Origin: a virus | Lineage: Duplodnaviria; Caudoviricetes | Virus record (IMG/VR): IMGVR_UViG_3300026549_000040 | Coordinates: 1-64,000 of that record | Strand: one strand, 5' to 3' | Length of the DNA stretch: 64,000 nt | Shown here: in pieces, positions 55,120-64,000 of the stretch | Position numbering within the stretch: position 1 is the first letter of the stretch | How the letters are laid out: the number at the start of each line of letters is the position of its first letter | Made by a program: the position numbers and the translations under genes | The notes under the pieces: generated by a model | Seen by the model: only the letters and a program-made list of their open reading frames with translations | What the model was told of the DNA's origin: nothing | The model's database searches: none

Positions 55120-56725
55120 TGCAATTAATATAATTCCTATAAAGACAGATTATTGTCCTACTATGGGTGATTATGCCATAAAGAAAAAGATGAATGTTTC
55201 CTGGGCTAAGAAAAAGAAAGGAGACATTGTTCTTTTTGATTTTAATGGAAATGGCACATCTGATCATATAGGTATTGTTAAGAGTATAAATAAAGACGGA
55301 TCAATAACAACTATTGAGGGAAATACTGGCGCTGGAAATAATGCTAATGGTGGACAGGTACAAAGAAGAATCAGATATAAATATCAAGTTAATTTCTTTG
55401 TGAGACCTAAATATACAAAAGAGATAACTGCTGAAAAATTAATTGCTACTGCTGAATCTCAACTTGGTGTTAAAGAGAGTCCAAGAAATTCAAATAAAGT
55501 AGAATATAATAGATGGTTTTATGGCAGTAATAAATCAGCATATTGGTGTTGTACTTTTGTATGCTGGTGCTTTGCTCATATAGGTGCTACTAAACCAGCT
55601 AAGAAAACAATTCCAACGGTTAAGAAGCCAACTGGAAAATATAGTGGTACTATTCCAACTGGATTATTAAAGATTGGGTCAAGAGGTACTAAAGTTAAAC
55701 AGTTACAGAATTTCTTAACTTGGTATGGAATAAAACTTAATGCAGATGGTGAATTTGGTAGTAATACTCAAAACGCCGTTAAAGTATTTCAAAAGACAGA
55801 GGGATTGACAGCAGATGGCGAGTATGGTGATAAGTCTTATAGAAAGGCTCTTTTATATAAAGCTAGTAGTAAGACATCAAATACTACAACTAAAACTACG
55901 AAAGAAACAACAAACTCTAAAAAACCTGGAACAACGAACACAGGAGATACTAAGAAAGTATTAAAAGCTTATAGTGGAACATTTCCTACTTTAAATAACA
56001 ATCAAAAAATAATAAATGGATTAGCTTTTAGATTATGTTATCCATACGGAACTTCTAAGAAAAAATATACTTTTAAGAATGGCTCTCCTACAAAAGCATA
56101 TAAAGATGCTATTAATAAAGTTTTTCCTAATCATAATTCATGGTCTAATAAGAAACAAAAAGTAGGTGCTTGCTGTGATATTTTAACAGCAGTTGAATTA
56201 GGATTAGTTGGTATAAAGGTAAAAAAAGATTTAAAAGATCAATTAGTAGATATGCCTAAAATGACTAAACAATTAAAGTCTACTGGCTATTATAAAGCGT
56301 CGGACTTTAAAGGTGGTCAAATAGTACAAAGGGGTAGAAAAGATAAATCTGGACATACCTATACTATATGTGAACTTATTAATGGTAAAAGATACATAGC
56401 TAACTCACATTATAAAAAATTAGGTGGTACTTATGCTGTTATGGATTCTGTAGTTAAAACAGAATCTCCTAAGAAATGGAAGTATTATAAATGTTATACT
56501 CCATTAGGTGCAAGCAGAACATACTATAAGACAGGTGATTATGGTTATGATGTAGTATTTATACAGAAATTCTTAAATTGGTATGGTTATACTGTATCAG
56601 TTGATGGAGATTATGGAGAAAAAACATCAAAGGCAATTTCTAAATTTCAAACAGCGGTTGGGCTTAAAGCTTCTGGCAGATGTGGAAAAGATACTATTGC
56701 TAAGATGAAAGTGGTTAAAAAATAA
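55109..56725 (+). CDS. multi-domain endolysin: circularly permuted CHAP, PG-binding, second Cys/His domain, PG-binding
   Basis: GDIVLF..DHIGIV..TIEGNT precedes AESQLG..WCCTFVCW; two LQ.FL.W...DG.(F/Y)G..T..A...FQ domains. Confidence 0.85.
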   Translation: MTINAINIIPIKTDYCPTMGDYAIKKKMNVSWAKKKKGDIVLFDFNGNGTSDHIGIVKSINKDGSITTIEGNTGAGNNANGGQVQRRIRYKYQVNFFVRPKYTKEITAEKLIATAESQLGVKESPRNSNKVEYNRWFYGSNKSAYWCCTFVCWCFAHIGATKPAKKTIPTVKKPTGKYSGTIPTGLLKIGSRGTKVKQLQNFLTWYGIKLNADGEFGSNTQNAVKVFQKTEGLTADGEYGDKSYRKALLYKASSKTSNTTTKTTKETTNSKKPGTTNTGDTKKVLKAYSGTFPTLNNNQKIINGLAFRLCYPYGTSKKKYTFKNGSPTKAYKDAINKVFPNHNSWSNKKQKVGACCDILTAVELGLVGIKVKKDLKDQLVDMPKMTKQLKSTGYYKASDFKGGQIVQRGRKDKSGHTYTICELINGKRYIANSHYKKLGGTYAVMDSVVKTESPKKWKYYKCYTPLGASRTYYKTGDYGYDVVFIQKFLNWYGYTVSVDGDYGEKTSKAISKFQTAVGLKASGRCGKDTIAKMKVVKK

Positions 56726-56774
56726 TGAGTTATATGAAGAGGCGTTTAAATTACAACATAGATAGGATAAGCTA

Positions 56775-57020
56775 ATGACTGAAAGTATAATAGTAGCAAT
56801 AATTGCTGGTGGTGCTGCCATAGGAAGTAATGTAATAATTGCATCAGCTAATAACAGTAAAACAATTTATCGTATTGATCAACTTGAAAAGAAAGTAGAA
56901 AAACATAACAATCTCGTAGAAAGAATGTATGAAGTTGAAAAACAAAATAAGATTCTTGAAAAAGAGATTGAAGATACAAGTGATAAAATTGATGATTTAA
57001 AACATAAAATAAGGGAATAA
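56775..57020 (+). CDS. holin/XhlA-like protein
   Basis: N-terminal TM; YRIDQLEKKVEKHNNLVERMY. Confidence 0.65.
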   Translation: MTESIIVAIIAGGAAIGSNVIIASANNSKTIYRIDQLEKKVEKHNNLVERMYEVEKQNKILEKEIEDTSDKIDDLKHKIRE

Positions 57021-57025
57021 TTATA

Positions 57026-58564
57026 ATGAGCTATACGCCTACAAGATGGATTAATGGAGAGGATGGACATGATACTCCTATTAATGCTTCTAATTTAAAT
57101 AAAATAGAAGCTGGTATATCAGATAACTCTTCTGGTATTTCACAATTACAAGGTGGGATGAGGTTCATGGGAGAAACTTCTACTCTCCCGAATAACCCAC
57201 GTATTGGAGAAGTATATCAAGCATCTGCTACAGGACTTGTATATGGTAACAAAATAGGTGATTTATTAGTATATACTAAAACAAATTCTTGGCATGTAAT
57301 TCCTTCTGGTAATGAACATGACGGAACAGTTACAAGAATAAATCAAGGAGCAGGTATAATAGTTAATAATGGTTCTCCTCTTACAGAATCAGGAGAAATA
57401 AAACTAGATACCTCTTTTGTTGCTAATAATACTAGAAATGGATTATTATCCAGTACTTTGTTTAAAAAAATAAGTACTTTATCTAATGTAGCTGTTACTG
57501 GTTCTTGGTCAGACTTGGATCAATCTACAATACCAAATTCTGCTAAAAGACCTATAAGAGATGATGTTGATATAGAAGCTTCTGAGGATCCGTCACAAAC
57601 TGTAGTATCACAATATGGGATAAAAACATTATTAGATGGAAAAGCAGATACTTCACATAGTCATTTAATAGAAGATATAGAAGTTAAAGAAACAGCAGAA
57701 AGTGAACCACAACCTTTATCTAATTATCTTGCAAAAGATAATAATGGTGTTACAGATGTACTAACTCCAGCGGCGCCAAAACTTCACCCTCATGGTAATA
57801 TAACTGCTAATGGTTATGTTATGTCAGGAGATACATACGCTCAGAATCAAGTACTTCTTACAGATTCTGATGGAAGAATAGTACCAAGTCCAACTATTCC
57901 TTCTTCTATGTTAAGAGGATATTCTATATATAGTGCAGATGGTTCTTCTTCTATAAACATAAGTACTTTAAATAGTACTGTTGGTGTCACGGGTGATGAT
58001 GGTTTAAGGGGTGCTGTAAAAAATCTTAATACTTGGGTAGGTATAGATGATACTCAAGGTTTAAGAAAAGATGTATCAACTCTTTTAGAACAAGTAGGAA
58101 CAACTGATACTAATGGATTAATTAAAAAAGTATCAACATTAGAGTCTGCTTCTAATACTTATGCATCAAAATTTAATATTTTAAATTTTAGTACAACTGG
58201 TTCTGAGAAACATGGTGAGAAGCAAGGTGTAAATAGACTTAATCTAGTAGTTCCAGCTTCAGGTGTTTTACCTGCTGCTGATAGAGTTGTGAAATTAACT
58301 CCCCCTGCAGTACCAACAGCTATAAAATCTACGCATGAATATAAACCTATAGCTTTATATGGTTGGAATTTTAGTAATAGACCTAACACAGGTAAAGCAG
58401 CTCCTAATGGAAGAAATTGTTCTATGTGTACTTTATATGGAATTACATTTAATAAAAAATCTGATGGTTGGTATGCTAATGCTGAAGTAAGGAATAATGC
58501 AACAACTAGTGCAATTGTTTATTTAACTCTTTATGTAACTTGGAGAACTGTAAAAAAATCTTAA
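57026..58564 (+). CDS. tail fibre-like protein
   Basis: YTPT.W......TPINASNLNKIEAGI, VAVTGSWSDL, KADTSHSH, HGNIT..G. Confidence 0.7.
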   Translation: MSYTPTRWINGEDGHDTPINASNLNKIEAGISDNSSGISQLQGGMRFMGETSTLPNNPRIGEVYQASATGLVYGNKIGDLLVYTKTNSWHVIPSGNEHDGTVTRINQGAGIIVNNGSPLTESGEIKLDTSFVANNTRNGLLSSTLFKKISTLSNVAVTGSWSDLDQSTIPNSAKRPIRDDVDIEASEDPSQTVVSQYGIKTLLDGKADTSHSHLIEDIEVKETAESEPQPLSNYLAKDNNGVTDVLTPAAPKLHPHGNITANGYVMSGDTYAQNQVLLTDSDGRIVPSPTIPSSMLRGYSIYSADGSSSINISTLNSTVGVTGDDGLRGAVKNLNTWVGIDDTQGLRKDVSTLLEQVGTTDTNGLIKKVSTLESASNTYASKFNILNFSTTGSEKHGEKQGVNRLNLVVPASGVLPAADRVVKLTPPAVPTAIKSTHEYKPIALYGWNFSNRPNTGKAAPNGRNCSMCTLYGITFNKKSDGWYANAEVRNNATTSAIVYLTLYVTWRTVKKS

Positions 58565-58575
58565 GGGATTATTAA

Positions 58576-59475
58576 ATGTTTAAAAAACCAGTAATAAAAT
58601 ATAATGGTGTTATACCTAAACCTTTATTAAAGATAGGAAATAAAGGAAATGCTGTAAAAGATTTACAGAAATTTTTAAATTGGTATTTAACAGGAAAATT
58701 AGTTATAGATGGTGAATTTGGACCAAAGACTAAGAAAGCTTTAATATCTTTTCAGAAATATGAAAAACTTGTTAAAGATGGAGAGTATGGTGATAAATCC
58801 TACGCCAAAGCTAAATCTTACAAGAAACAAGAAGAAAAATCTAAATCTTCAATGTCTTATATAGTAGATGTTTCTTACTGGCAACATGATATTGATTGGA
58901 ATAAGGTTAAAAAAGATGATATTGCCGGAGCAATATTAAGAACTTCATATACATCACAAAGATCTTTTTCTTTATCTAAAGATTCTACTTTTGAAAAGAA
59001 TATTAAAAATGCTAAAAAAGCAGGTTTATATATAGGTGCATATCATTACTCACAAGCTATATCTGTAAAAGAAGCAGTAAAAGAAGCTAAATATATGTGT
59101 AAGATATTAAAGCCATATAAGAATGATATAAAACTTCCTGTTGTATGTGATTGGGAATTTGGTATAAGACTTGATGGAAGAAAAGCTAAGTCACTTGGAA
59201 AAGCAAAATGTACTGAAATAGTTAATGCATTTTGTAAAGAAGTGAAGAAGCAGGGCTTTGCTCCTATGGTTTATGCAAACTATATGACCTTCTCTAACTA
59301 TCTTAATACATCAAAAATAAAAGAAAATGATTACTTAATTTGGTTAGCTCAATATGCTTCTAAAGCATCTATGGATTATGATATGTGGCAGTATAGTTCA
59401 AATGGAAAAGTAGCTGGCATAAAAAATAGAGTAGATGTTAATAAAGCTAAGCAAACAATATTTATTAAAAAATAA
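58576..59475 (+). CDS. GH25 muramidase with N-terminal PG-binding domain
   Basis: VDVSYWQ..IDW, GAYHYS, PVVCDWE, WLAQY, MWQYSS.G...VD.N. Confidence 0.9.
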   Translation: MFKKPVIKYNGVIPKPLLKIGNKGNAVKDLQKFLNWYLTGKLVIDGEFGPKTKKALISFQKYEKLVKDGEYGDKSYAKAKSYKKQEEKSKSSMSYIVDVSYWQHDIDWNKVKKDDIAGAILRTSYTSQRSFSLSKDSTFEKNIKNAKKAGLYIGAYHYSQAISVKEAVKEAKYMCKILKPYKNDIKLPVVCDWEFGIRLDGRKAKSLGKAKCTEIVNAFCKEVKKQGFAPMVYANYMTFSNYLNTSKIKENDYLIWLAQYASKASMDYDMWQYSSNGKVAGIKNRVDVNKAKQTIFIKK

Positions 59476-59580
59476 TTTCAACTGAGTGATAAGCAAAAAT
59501 CGGGGGCAGCTTACTTGTGGGGAGTTGTGCAAAAGGTCTGGTGGGTAGTCCTTTTAACATATACTAAATGAATTAGGGTA

Positions 59581-59629
59581 TTTACAAAACTATTTTATTA
59601 ATATATAATTATATTAATAAAATAGTTTT
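59581..59629 (+). promoter_or_regulatory. sigmaA promoter overlapped by a 20-bp inverted repeat
   Basis: TTTACA-N17-TATAAT; arms 59586-59605 and 59610-59629. Confidence 0.6.
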
Positions 59630-59653
59630 TTAGTTTTAAGGAGACAATTAACA

Positions 59654-59956
59654 ATGAGTGAACAAGAATATTATACAGAAGATTATATGGGATTAGATGA
59701 TCTTAGTAAAACAATACCCATGATGACGAGTGATGATTGGAAACAAAGATTTATTGCAGAGTATGCTCAGTTAGTAACTAGAATCGACAAATTACTAGAT
59801 TATATTTATGATGCAGATACTATTGCGTTAAACTGTCCTGTTGAATTATTAAATATGCAGTTAGAAGCAATGAATGAGTATGAAAAGATATTAGAAATCA
59901 GAGCTACCTTATATGGTATTGATCTAAGTAAAGAACTTGAAAAAATGGACAGATAA
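59654..59956 (+). CDS. crAss001_48-related phage protein
   Basis: M.S.DWK.RF.AEY.QL..R..KL...CP.ELL..Q..AM..Y..ILE.RA. Confidence 0.65.
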   Translation: MSEQEYYTEDYMGLDDLSKTIPMMTSDDWKQRFIAEYAQLVTRIDKLLDYIYDADTIALNCPVELLNMQLEAMNEYEKILEIRATLYGIDLSKELEKMDR

Positions 59957-59989
59957 AATAAAAAAAATAGATAAAATACAAAAAAAGTA

Positions 59990-60032
59990 TGTACAAATAT
60001 CTAATCTTGTGTTATTATAATTATAGGAAGAG
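59990..60032 (+). promoter_or_regulatory. sigmaA-type early promoter with AATTATAGGAAGAG leader
   Basis: TGTACA-N17-TATTAT with TG extension. Confidence 0.55.
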
Positions 60033-60060
60033 GGGGTCATTAAAAAAGGAGGAAAAAGAC

Positions 60061-60246
60061 ATGATGAAGATCGACGGAAAAGAAATCAAGTATTTGTACA
60101 TGGCAGTTACGAAAGATGAGTACGAACTTCCTATTGCTGTTGCTGACAGTGTTTCAGAGTTGGCAGAAATGCTCGATATGAAACCAACGACCATTTCAAT
60201 TTATCTTTCACTTGGAAGACCAGGATTCGTTAAGATTGAAGTTTAA
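60061..60246 (+). CDS. small HTH DNA-binding protein
   Basis: YMAVTKDEYELPIAVADSVSELAEML. Confidence 0.65.
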   Translation: MMKIDGKEIKYLYMAVTKDEYELPIAVADSVSELAEMLDMKPTTISIYLSLGRPGFVKIEV

Positions 60247-60261
60247 TAAGGAGGTAAGAAT

Positions 60262-61173
60262 ATGAGTTATCTTAACAGAACACTACCACACACAAACGCT
60301 TTTGGTACTGTGGATATTTCATCTGCAACATCGGTACATGACGCACTTTCCCTTTCAGGTATGGATTGGAAGGTGGATTCAAGACCAATCTTCGATGTAA
60401 CAGGTAAGAAGTTCCCTAACTATGTAGCTAATGTTAGACAGGACACAGATGAACTTCTCGGTATTGTAACAGATAGGTATAGAATCGTTCAGAATGAAGA
60501 GGCTTTTGAATTTGTAAATAATCTTTCTTCTGAAGGATTTGAGTTTGAAAGTGCCGGGGTATTTAAGGGTGGCAGATCTACTTGGTTGATGGGACATCTT
60601 CCTGAAGAAACTATTCTCGGTGATGATATTGCGAATAATCTTGTATTTGTTAATTCACATGATGGATCGTCAGGTGTAAAAGTAATGATGACACCTGTAA
60701 GAGTTATTTGTTACAACATGCTTAACTTAGCATTACGTAGAGCCAACAGATCTTGGTCAACTAAACATACTACAAGTATTTATTCAAAACTGGAAGAAGC
60801 ACAGCATACTTTAGGACTCGCTCAGAAGTATATGGATGAACTTAAGATTGAAGCAGATAGACTTGCTAACATTACTATTACAGATAATGAAATTGAAGCA
60901 ATCTTTGATAAGATGTTTCCTGTAGATCCTGCTAAAGACTCTGCAAGAAAAATTAGAAATGTATCTACTTTGAAGGATGGTTTTATTAAATGTTATGATG
61001 AATCTGACATTAGAAAATTTAAAGGTACTGTCTATGGTGCAATTAATGCTATGGCAGATCTGGTAGATCATAAAGCACCCGCAAGAGTTACAGCAAATTA
61101 TTACGAAAATAATTGGAATAGACTTATCAATGGTCATTCAATGCTTGATACTTTCTATAGACTTGCAAGTTAA
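60262..61173 (+). CDS. DUF932 phage/plasmid-like protein
   Basis: LLGIV...Y..VQN.EAF.F, FESAG...GG, NSHDGS, TPVRVIC.N.L, GT.YG..NA. Confidence 0.85.
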   Translation: MSYLNRTLPHTNAFGTVDISSATSVHDALSLSGMDWKVDSRPIFDVTGKKFPNYVANVRQDTDELLGIVTDRYRIVQNEEAFEFVNNLSSEGFEFESAGVFKGGRSTWLMGHLPEETILGDDIANNLVFVNSHDGSSGVKVMMTPVRVICYNMLNLALRRANRSWSTKHTTSIYSKLEEAQHTLGLAQKYMDELKIEADRLANITITDNEIEAIFDKMFPVDPAKDSARKIRNVSTLKDGFIKCYDESDIRKFKGTVYGAINAMADLVDHKAPARVTANYYENNWNRLINGHSMLDTFYRLAS

Positions 61174-61202
61174 ATTGTTCTGTTAGGAGGTATGTTATCA
61201 TT

Positions 61203-61424
61203 ATGATAGAGGCATCTAATAACATTGTAAAGATTGAAGGTACTTCAAAAACTATATGTACAGAATTTACACATATTGTGGTTCATATTATGCAAACATT
61301 TGAAAAGGAATTTGAATTAGATCAGCAACAAGCTATATGTGTTATTAATGAATGTTGTAAGATTGCTTATATGGATGATGAAAGTAGATCAGAGTATTTA
61401 CGTAAATTAATTAAGGAGGAATAA
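61203..61424 (+). CDS. hypothetical protein
   Basis: AGGAGG RBS. Confidence 0.6.
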   Translation: MIEASNNIVKIEGTSKTICTEFTHIVVHIMQTFEKEFELDQQQAICVINECCKIAYMDDESRSEYLRKLIKEE

Positions 61425-61426
61425 TT

Positions 61427-61711
61427 ATGAACACTCAGTCCTATCTCGATCAAGCTGAAAAATATAAGTTTAATGAAATGCAAGCTCGGTTAGGAGGTGA
61501 TGAAGCATTAGCAGAAAAATACAAAGTCATGTCGGAGATGGCTGTAATTAATTCTGCAAAAGCAGCTAATCGGGATAGGACAAGAAACTATTATACTTAT
61601 CCTACTTCTAGTGGTTTTTCTATTCCAGAATCTCCTGCGGATATTGTACGTTTCATTGTATGTGGATTATTAGGATTTAGTATTGCAATGTTGCCATTTA
61701 TCTTGTTTTAA
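61427..61711 (+). CDS. hypothetical protein with C-terminal TM helix
   Basis: AAGGAGG RBS; hydrophobic C-terminus. Confidence 0.6.
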   Translation: MNTQSYLDQAEKYKFNEMQARLGGDEALAEKYKVMSEMAVINSAKAANRDRTRNYYTYPTSSGFSIPESPADIVRFIVCGLLGFSIAMLPFILF

Positions 61712-61727
61712 GGAGGTGTGGTAATAA

Positions 61728-62357
61728 ATGTTTAGGTACTTAGAAAAGTATACAGGAATATATAGAGTTTTGGGTTATCTTGATCTTAATACGAATGATT
61801 TCCCAAGAACTGATAACGGGGACATAGACCCTTCTTATGAAGACTTATATATACCTTGTTATAGAGGCAAGAGTGTTATAAAACATACCTATGAAAAAGA
61901 TATACTTGTTATATGTTTTTATGGAAAAAATTCAACTGCTAAGAATGTCTATAAAGAATTAAAAGATAAGTATAAGAAGATCTATCTTGAATATGAAGAC
62001 TGTGGAGAAGATGGTCTTATATATTTTAATGCTGATGATATAAAGAAAATAGCTACTATAGTAAGACCTAAAACAAGTGGAGCTTCTATAAAATGGAATT
62101 CTAATAAAAATCTTCCTAAGGTATCTTATGATATTCCAAAAGAAGATAATGATAAATTAGTAACTATAACAAAAAATTTGTCTAAACTACAGAAGATGCA
62201 TTTTGGAAAAGCTGTATCTTCATTGTTTTTAACTTCTAAAAATCTAAAAGAAGAACAGAAACAATCTAGGCTTACACCAAAACAATTTATACATAGTAAA
62301 GGTTTATGGGAAGAGTACATTAAATTAGCTAAGAAAGAGGTAAAGAATGTCAACTAA
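61728..62357 (+). CDS. conserved hypothetical phage protein
   Basis: Y.G.YRV....D..TNDFPR...DLYIPC; SGA.I...S.KNLPK. Confidence 0.7.
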   Translation: MFRYLEKYTGIYRVLGYLDLNTNDFPRTDNGDIDPSYEDLYIPCYRGKSVIKHTYEKDILVICFYGKNSTAKNVYKELKDKYKKIYLEYEDCGEDGLIYFNADDIKKIATIVRPKTSGASIKWNSNKNLPKVSYDIPKEDNDKLVTITKNLSKLQKMHFGKAVSSLFLTSKNLKEEQKQSRLTPKQFIHSKGLWEEYIKLAKKEVKNVN

Positions 62358-62586
62358 AAAAGAAATTGATAATGTAAATCATCCAAGTCATTATCTTGGA
62401 AATGTAGAAGTTATAGATTATATAGAGGATAAGTTAACAACTGATCAGTTTGAAGGATACTTGGTAGGTAATATTATTAAGTATATATCTAGATATAGAA
62501 AAAAGAATGGACTTGAGGATCTAGAAAAAGGTCAATGGTATCTTAACAGATTAATTGGATTTAAAAAGGGTATTAATGAAAAGTAA
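62347..62586 (+). CDS. DUF3310 protein
   Basis: DNVNHPSHY...EVID.I...GNIIKY..R...KNG.EDLEK..WYL. Confidence 0.9.
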   Translation: MSTKKEIDNVNHPSHYLGNVEVIDYIEDKLTTDQFEGYLVGNIIKYISRYRKKNGLEDLEKGQWYLNRLIGFKKGINEK

Positions 62587-63076
62587 TGAGCTAAATTTAT
62601 GCAATAATAGTAATTTGTTTAATTTGCCTTTTACAAAAAGGCATATATTGAAAAATTTATCATATATAAAATCTCGTATAATAAATTGCTACCAAAGAAT
62701 AAGATATGGCGTATCTAGGTATGATGCATGGGATTTTAATGACTTTTTATATGCAGTTATAGAAAATGGTTTAAAATATCTTAAAGACGCAGGTAATAGC
62801 TATCCTGGGTGGTGTACTTACGAAGAATGGCAAACTAAATTAGAGTATATGATAAAATTAAGTGAATTATCAAACCGATATGAAGATGAGGTTACTGAAA
62901 AATCTTTCGATAAATATTTAGACACCTTTTCTAAATATGGTAAAGACTCTGAGGAATGTAAAAAAGCACATGAGGAATGGATGGAGGATGAACAATCATT
63001 TGAAATAACTAAGTATAATTCACGACATAAATTACTAAAAGAGTTAGAAAAATACATAGATGATTTATGGGATTAG
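62576..63076 (+). CDS. hypothetical protein
   Basis: YQR..YG....DAW; ends ..DLWD. Confidence 0.65.
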   Translation: MKSNELNLCNNSNLFNLPFTKRHILKNLSYIKSRIINCYQRIRYGVSRYDAWDFNDFLYAVIENGLKYLKDAGNSYPGWCTYEEWQTKLEYMIKLSELSNRYEDEVTEKSFDKYLDTFSKYGKDSEECKKAHEEWMEDEQSFEITKYNSRHKLLKELEKYIDDLWD

Positions 63077-63097
63077 TTATTAATCCCATTTTTATTT
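63068..63097 (+). terminator. intrinsic terminator
   Basis: ATGGGATTA-gttat-TAATCCCAT-TTTT. Confidence 0.65.
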
Positions 63098-63130
63098 GTT
63101 AAACAAACAATAAGAGTCTTTATAAATGAG

Positions 63131-63154
63131 TAAAAGATTGCTAAATTATTTATA
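63131..63154 (+). promoter_or_regulatory. ATTGCTAAAT motif copy 3
   Basis: TAAAAGATTGCTAAATTATTTATA identical to 47593-47616. Confidence 0.55.
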
Positions 63155-63186
63155 AATTGATTTCAACAAGTAAGAGAGATTTGATA

Positions 63187-63582
63187 ATGCTTACAGAAAA
63201 ATATATGGACATTAAGGTTGAATTGCCAGATCTAAAAGGTGAAGAAGGTGATTCAAATACATACTATGAAGAAGTAGAAGTACCTGATAGTGAAATACGT
63301 CATTATATAGATACTTATTTATCTGCGGAAGATGTATTAGATTATGCTAAACAAATAGATCCTGAAAGTTTTTCAAAGGAGAACGGTGCAGATATAGATT
63401 TAGCATATGATATACTTATAAATGAATTTGATGAACATGATGATATTGAAGATATAAAAGATCTAAATGAATATATACAAGAACTTGTTTATCAAGATTA
63501 TGAAAAAGTAGCTGCGGAAAAAGTTCAAGATGATTTAGATACACTAGATTCTGACGAACAGCATAGGTATTGGGGACTATAG
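63187..63582 (+). CDS. acidic hypothetical protein
   Basis: ORF downstream of motif copy 3. Confidence 0.6.
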   Translation: MLTEKYMDIKVELPDLKGEEGDSNTYYEEVEVPDSEIRHYIDTYLSAEDVLDYAKQIDPESFSKENGADIDLAYDILINEFDEHDDIEDIKDLNEYIQELVYQDYEKVAAEKVQDDLDTLDSDEQHRYWGL

Positions 63583-63589
63583 TTTTTTG

Positions 63590-63700
63590 ACCCTATATAC
63601 AAAAATGTTAATAGGGTATATACAAAAATGTTAATACCCTATTAACAAAATTGTTAAGGATAATAATACAATATAATAATACATATTAATATAATATATA
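63590..63700. repeat. second putative origin: three iterons (23-bp period) plus AT-rich tract
   Basis: TATACAAAAATGTTAA x2, TTAACAAAATTGTTAA, TAGGGTA/TACCCTA spacers; tail shared with 4704-4737. Confidence 0.7.
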
Positions 63701-63727
63701 GTAAAGATACAAATTTTAGGAATTACT

Positions 63728-64000
63728 TTGGATAATACTTACACAGACATCTCGAAAGATCTTCAGATAATAGAAGATGTATTTATAGAAACAGATGAAG
63801 ATTATGAAAAACTATATAGACAGATAGACTTAACTGAGGAAGAATTTACAGATATAAAAGCGGGTAGATTGGAACCAGATAAAATTCAGTTAGAAAATAT
63901 TTACAACTTTGCTTATAATCATAATCTATATCTAAATGAAATATCGTGGCTGGAATGTCAGGATGAATATGAGACTGGTGATATAACAGTACATAGTCAT
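63728..64000 (+). CDS. partial ORF, possibly the N-terminus of an HTH-DUF3990-like protein
   Basis: Open to window end; LENIYNFAY...LNEI...VHSH. Confidence 0.35.
   Translation, partial: MDNTYTDISKDLQIIEDVFIETDEDYEKLYRQIDLTEEEFTDIKAGRLEPDKIQLENIYNFAYNHNLYLNEISWLECQDEYETGDITVHSH

Noticed and set aside
48382-58564. Diversity-generating retroelement
   Set aside because: An Mtd-N-like domain is present, but no reverse transcriptase or adenine-variant TR/VR pair was seen.
154-63057. Minus-strand ORFs in the ORF track
   Set aside because: They overlap well-supported + strand genes or tRNAs and lack RBSs or motifs; treated as shadow ORFs.
63590-63700. Direct terminal repeat with 4643-4740
   Set aside because: The copies are short, non-identical and have unrelated flanking genes.
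1-64000. Stop-codon reassignment
   Set aside because: Conserved genes are full length in code 11, all three stops end genes, and no suppressor tRNA was found.

Overview
A 64-kb segment of a large, AT-rich, tailed dsDNA bacteriophage genome. The host is inferred to be an anaerobic Firmicute (Clostridia-like), from strong AGGAGG RBSs, sigmaA-type TTTACA-N16/17-TATAAT promoters, a class III RNR and CHAP/GH25 lysins. Essentially all genes are on the + strand in the standard code. Order: (1) an array of small Zn-ribbon/DUF551-type genes; (2) a replication module (initiator, DnaC-like loader, DnaB, primase, SSB, family A polymerase); (3) a 7-deazaguanine DNA-modification cluster (queD-queE-folE-queC-HAD-dpdA) abutting a phage beta-clamp gene; (4) recombination/repair genes and a complete bacterial-type clamp loader (RecU, RecA, DnaX, HolB, HolA, SbcCD); (5) phosphoesterases, peptide deformylase and nucleotide metabolism, including NrdH-NrdD and an NrdG fused to a ferredoxin:thioredoxin-reductase-like domain; (6) a ~5-kb RNA island with 19 tRNA genes, an 82-nt tmRNA reduced to its tRNA-like domain, a DUF2828 (Ro60/TROVE-like vWA) gene flanked by three AACAGCAA stem-bulge elements, anti-Shine-Dalgarno elements and several unclassified structured spacers; (7) tail-fibre-like and lysis genes, including a circularly permuted CHAP lysin; (8) early-type genes (DUF932, DUF3310). 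Top candidates for undescribed biology are the mini-tmRNA, the DUF2828 + Y-RNA-like module, the NrdG-FTR fusion, two extragenic iteron origins and possible clamp-tethered DpdA. All calls come from manual motif reading; no searches were run.
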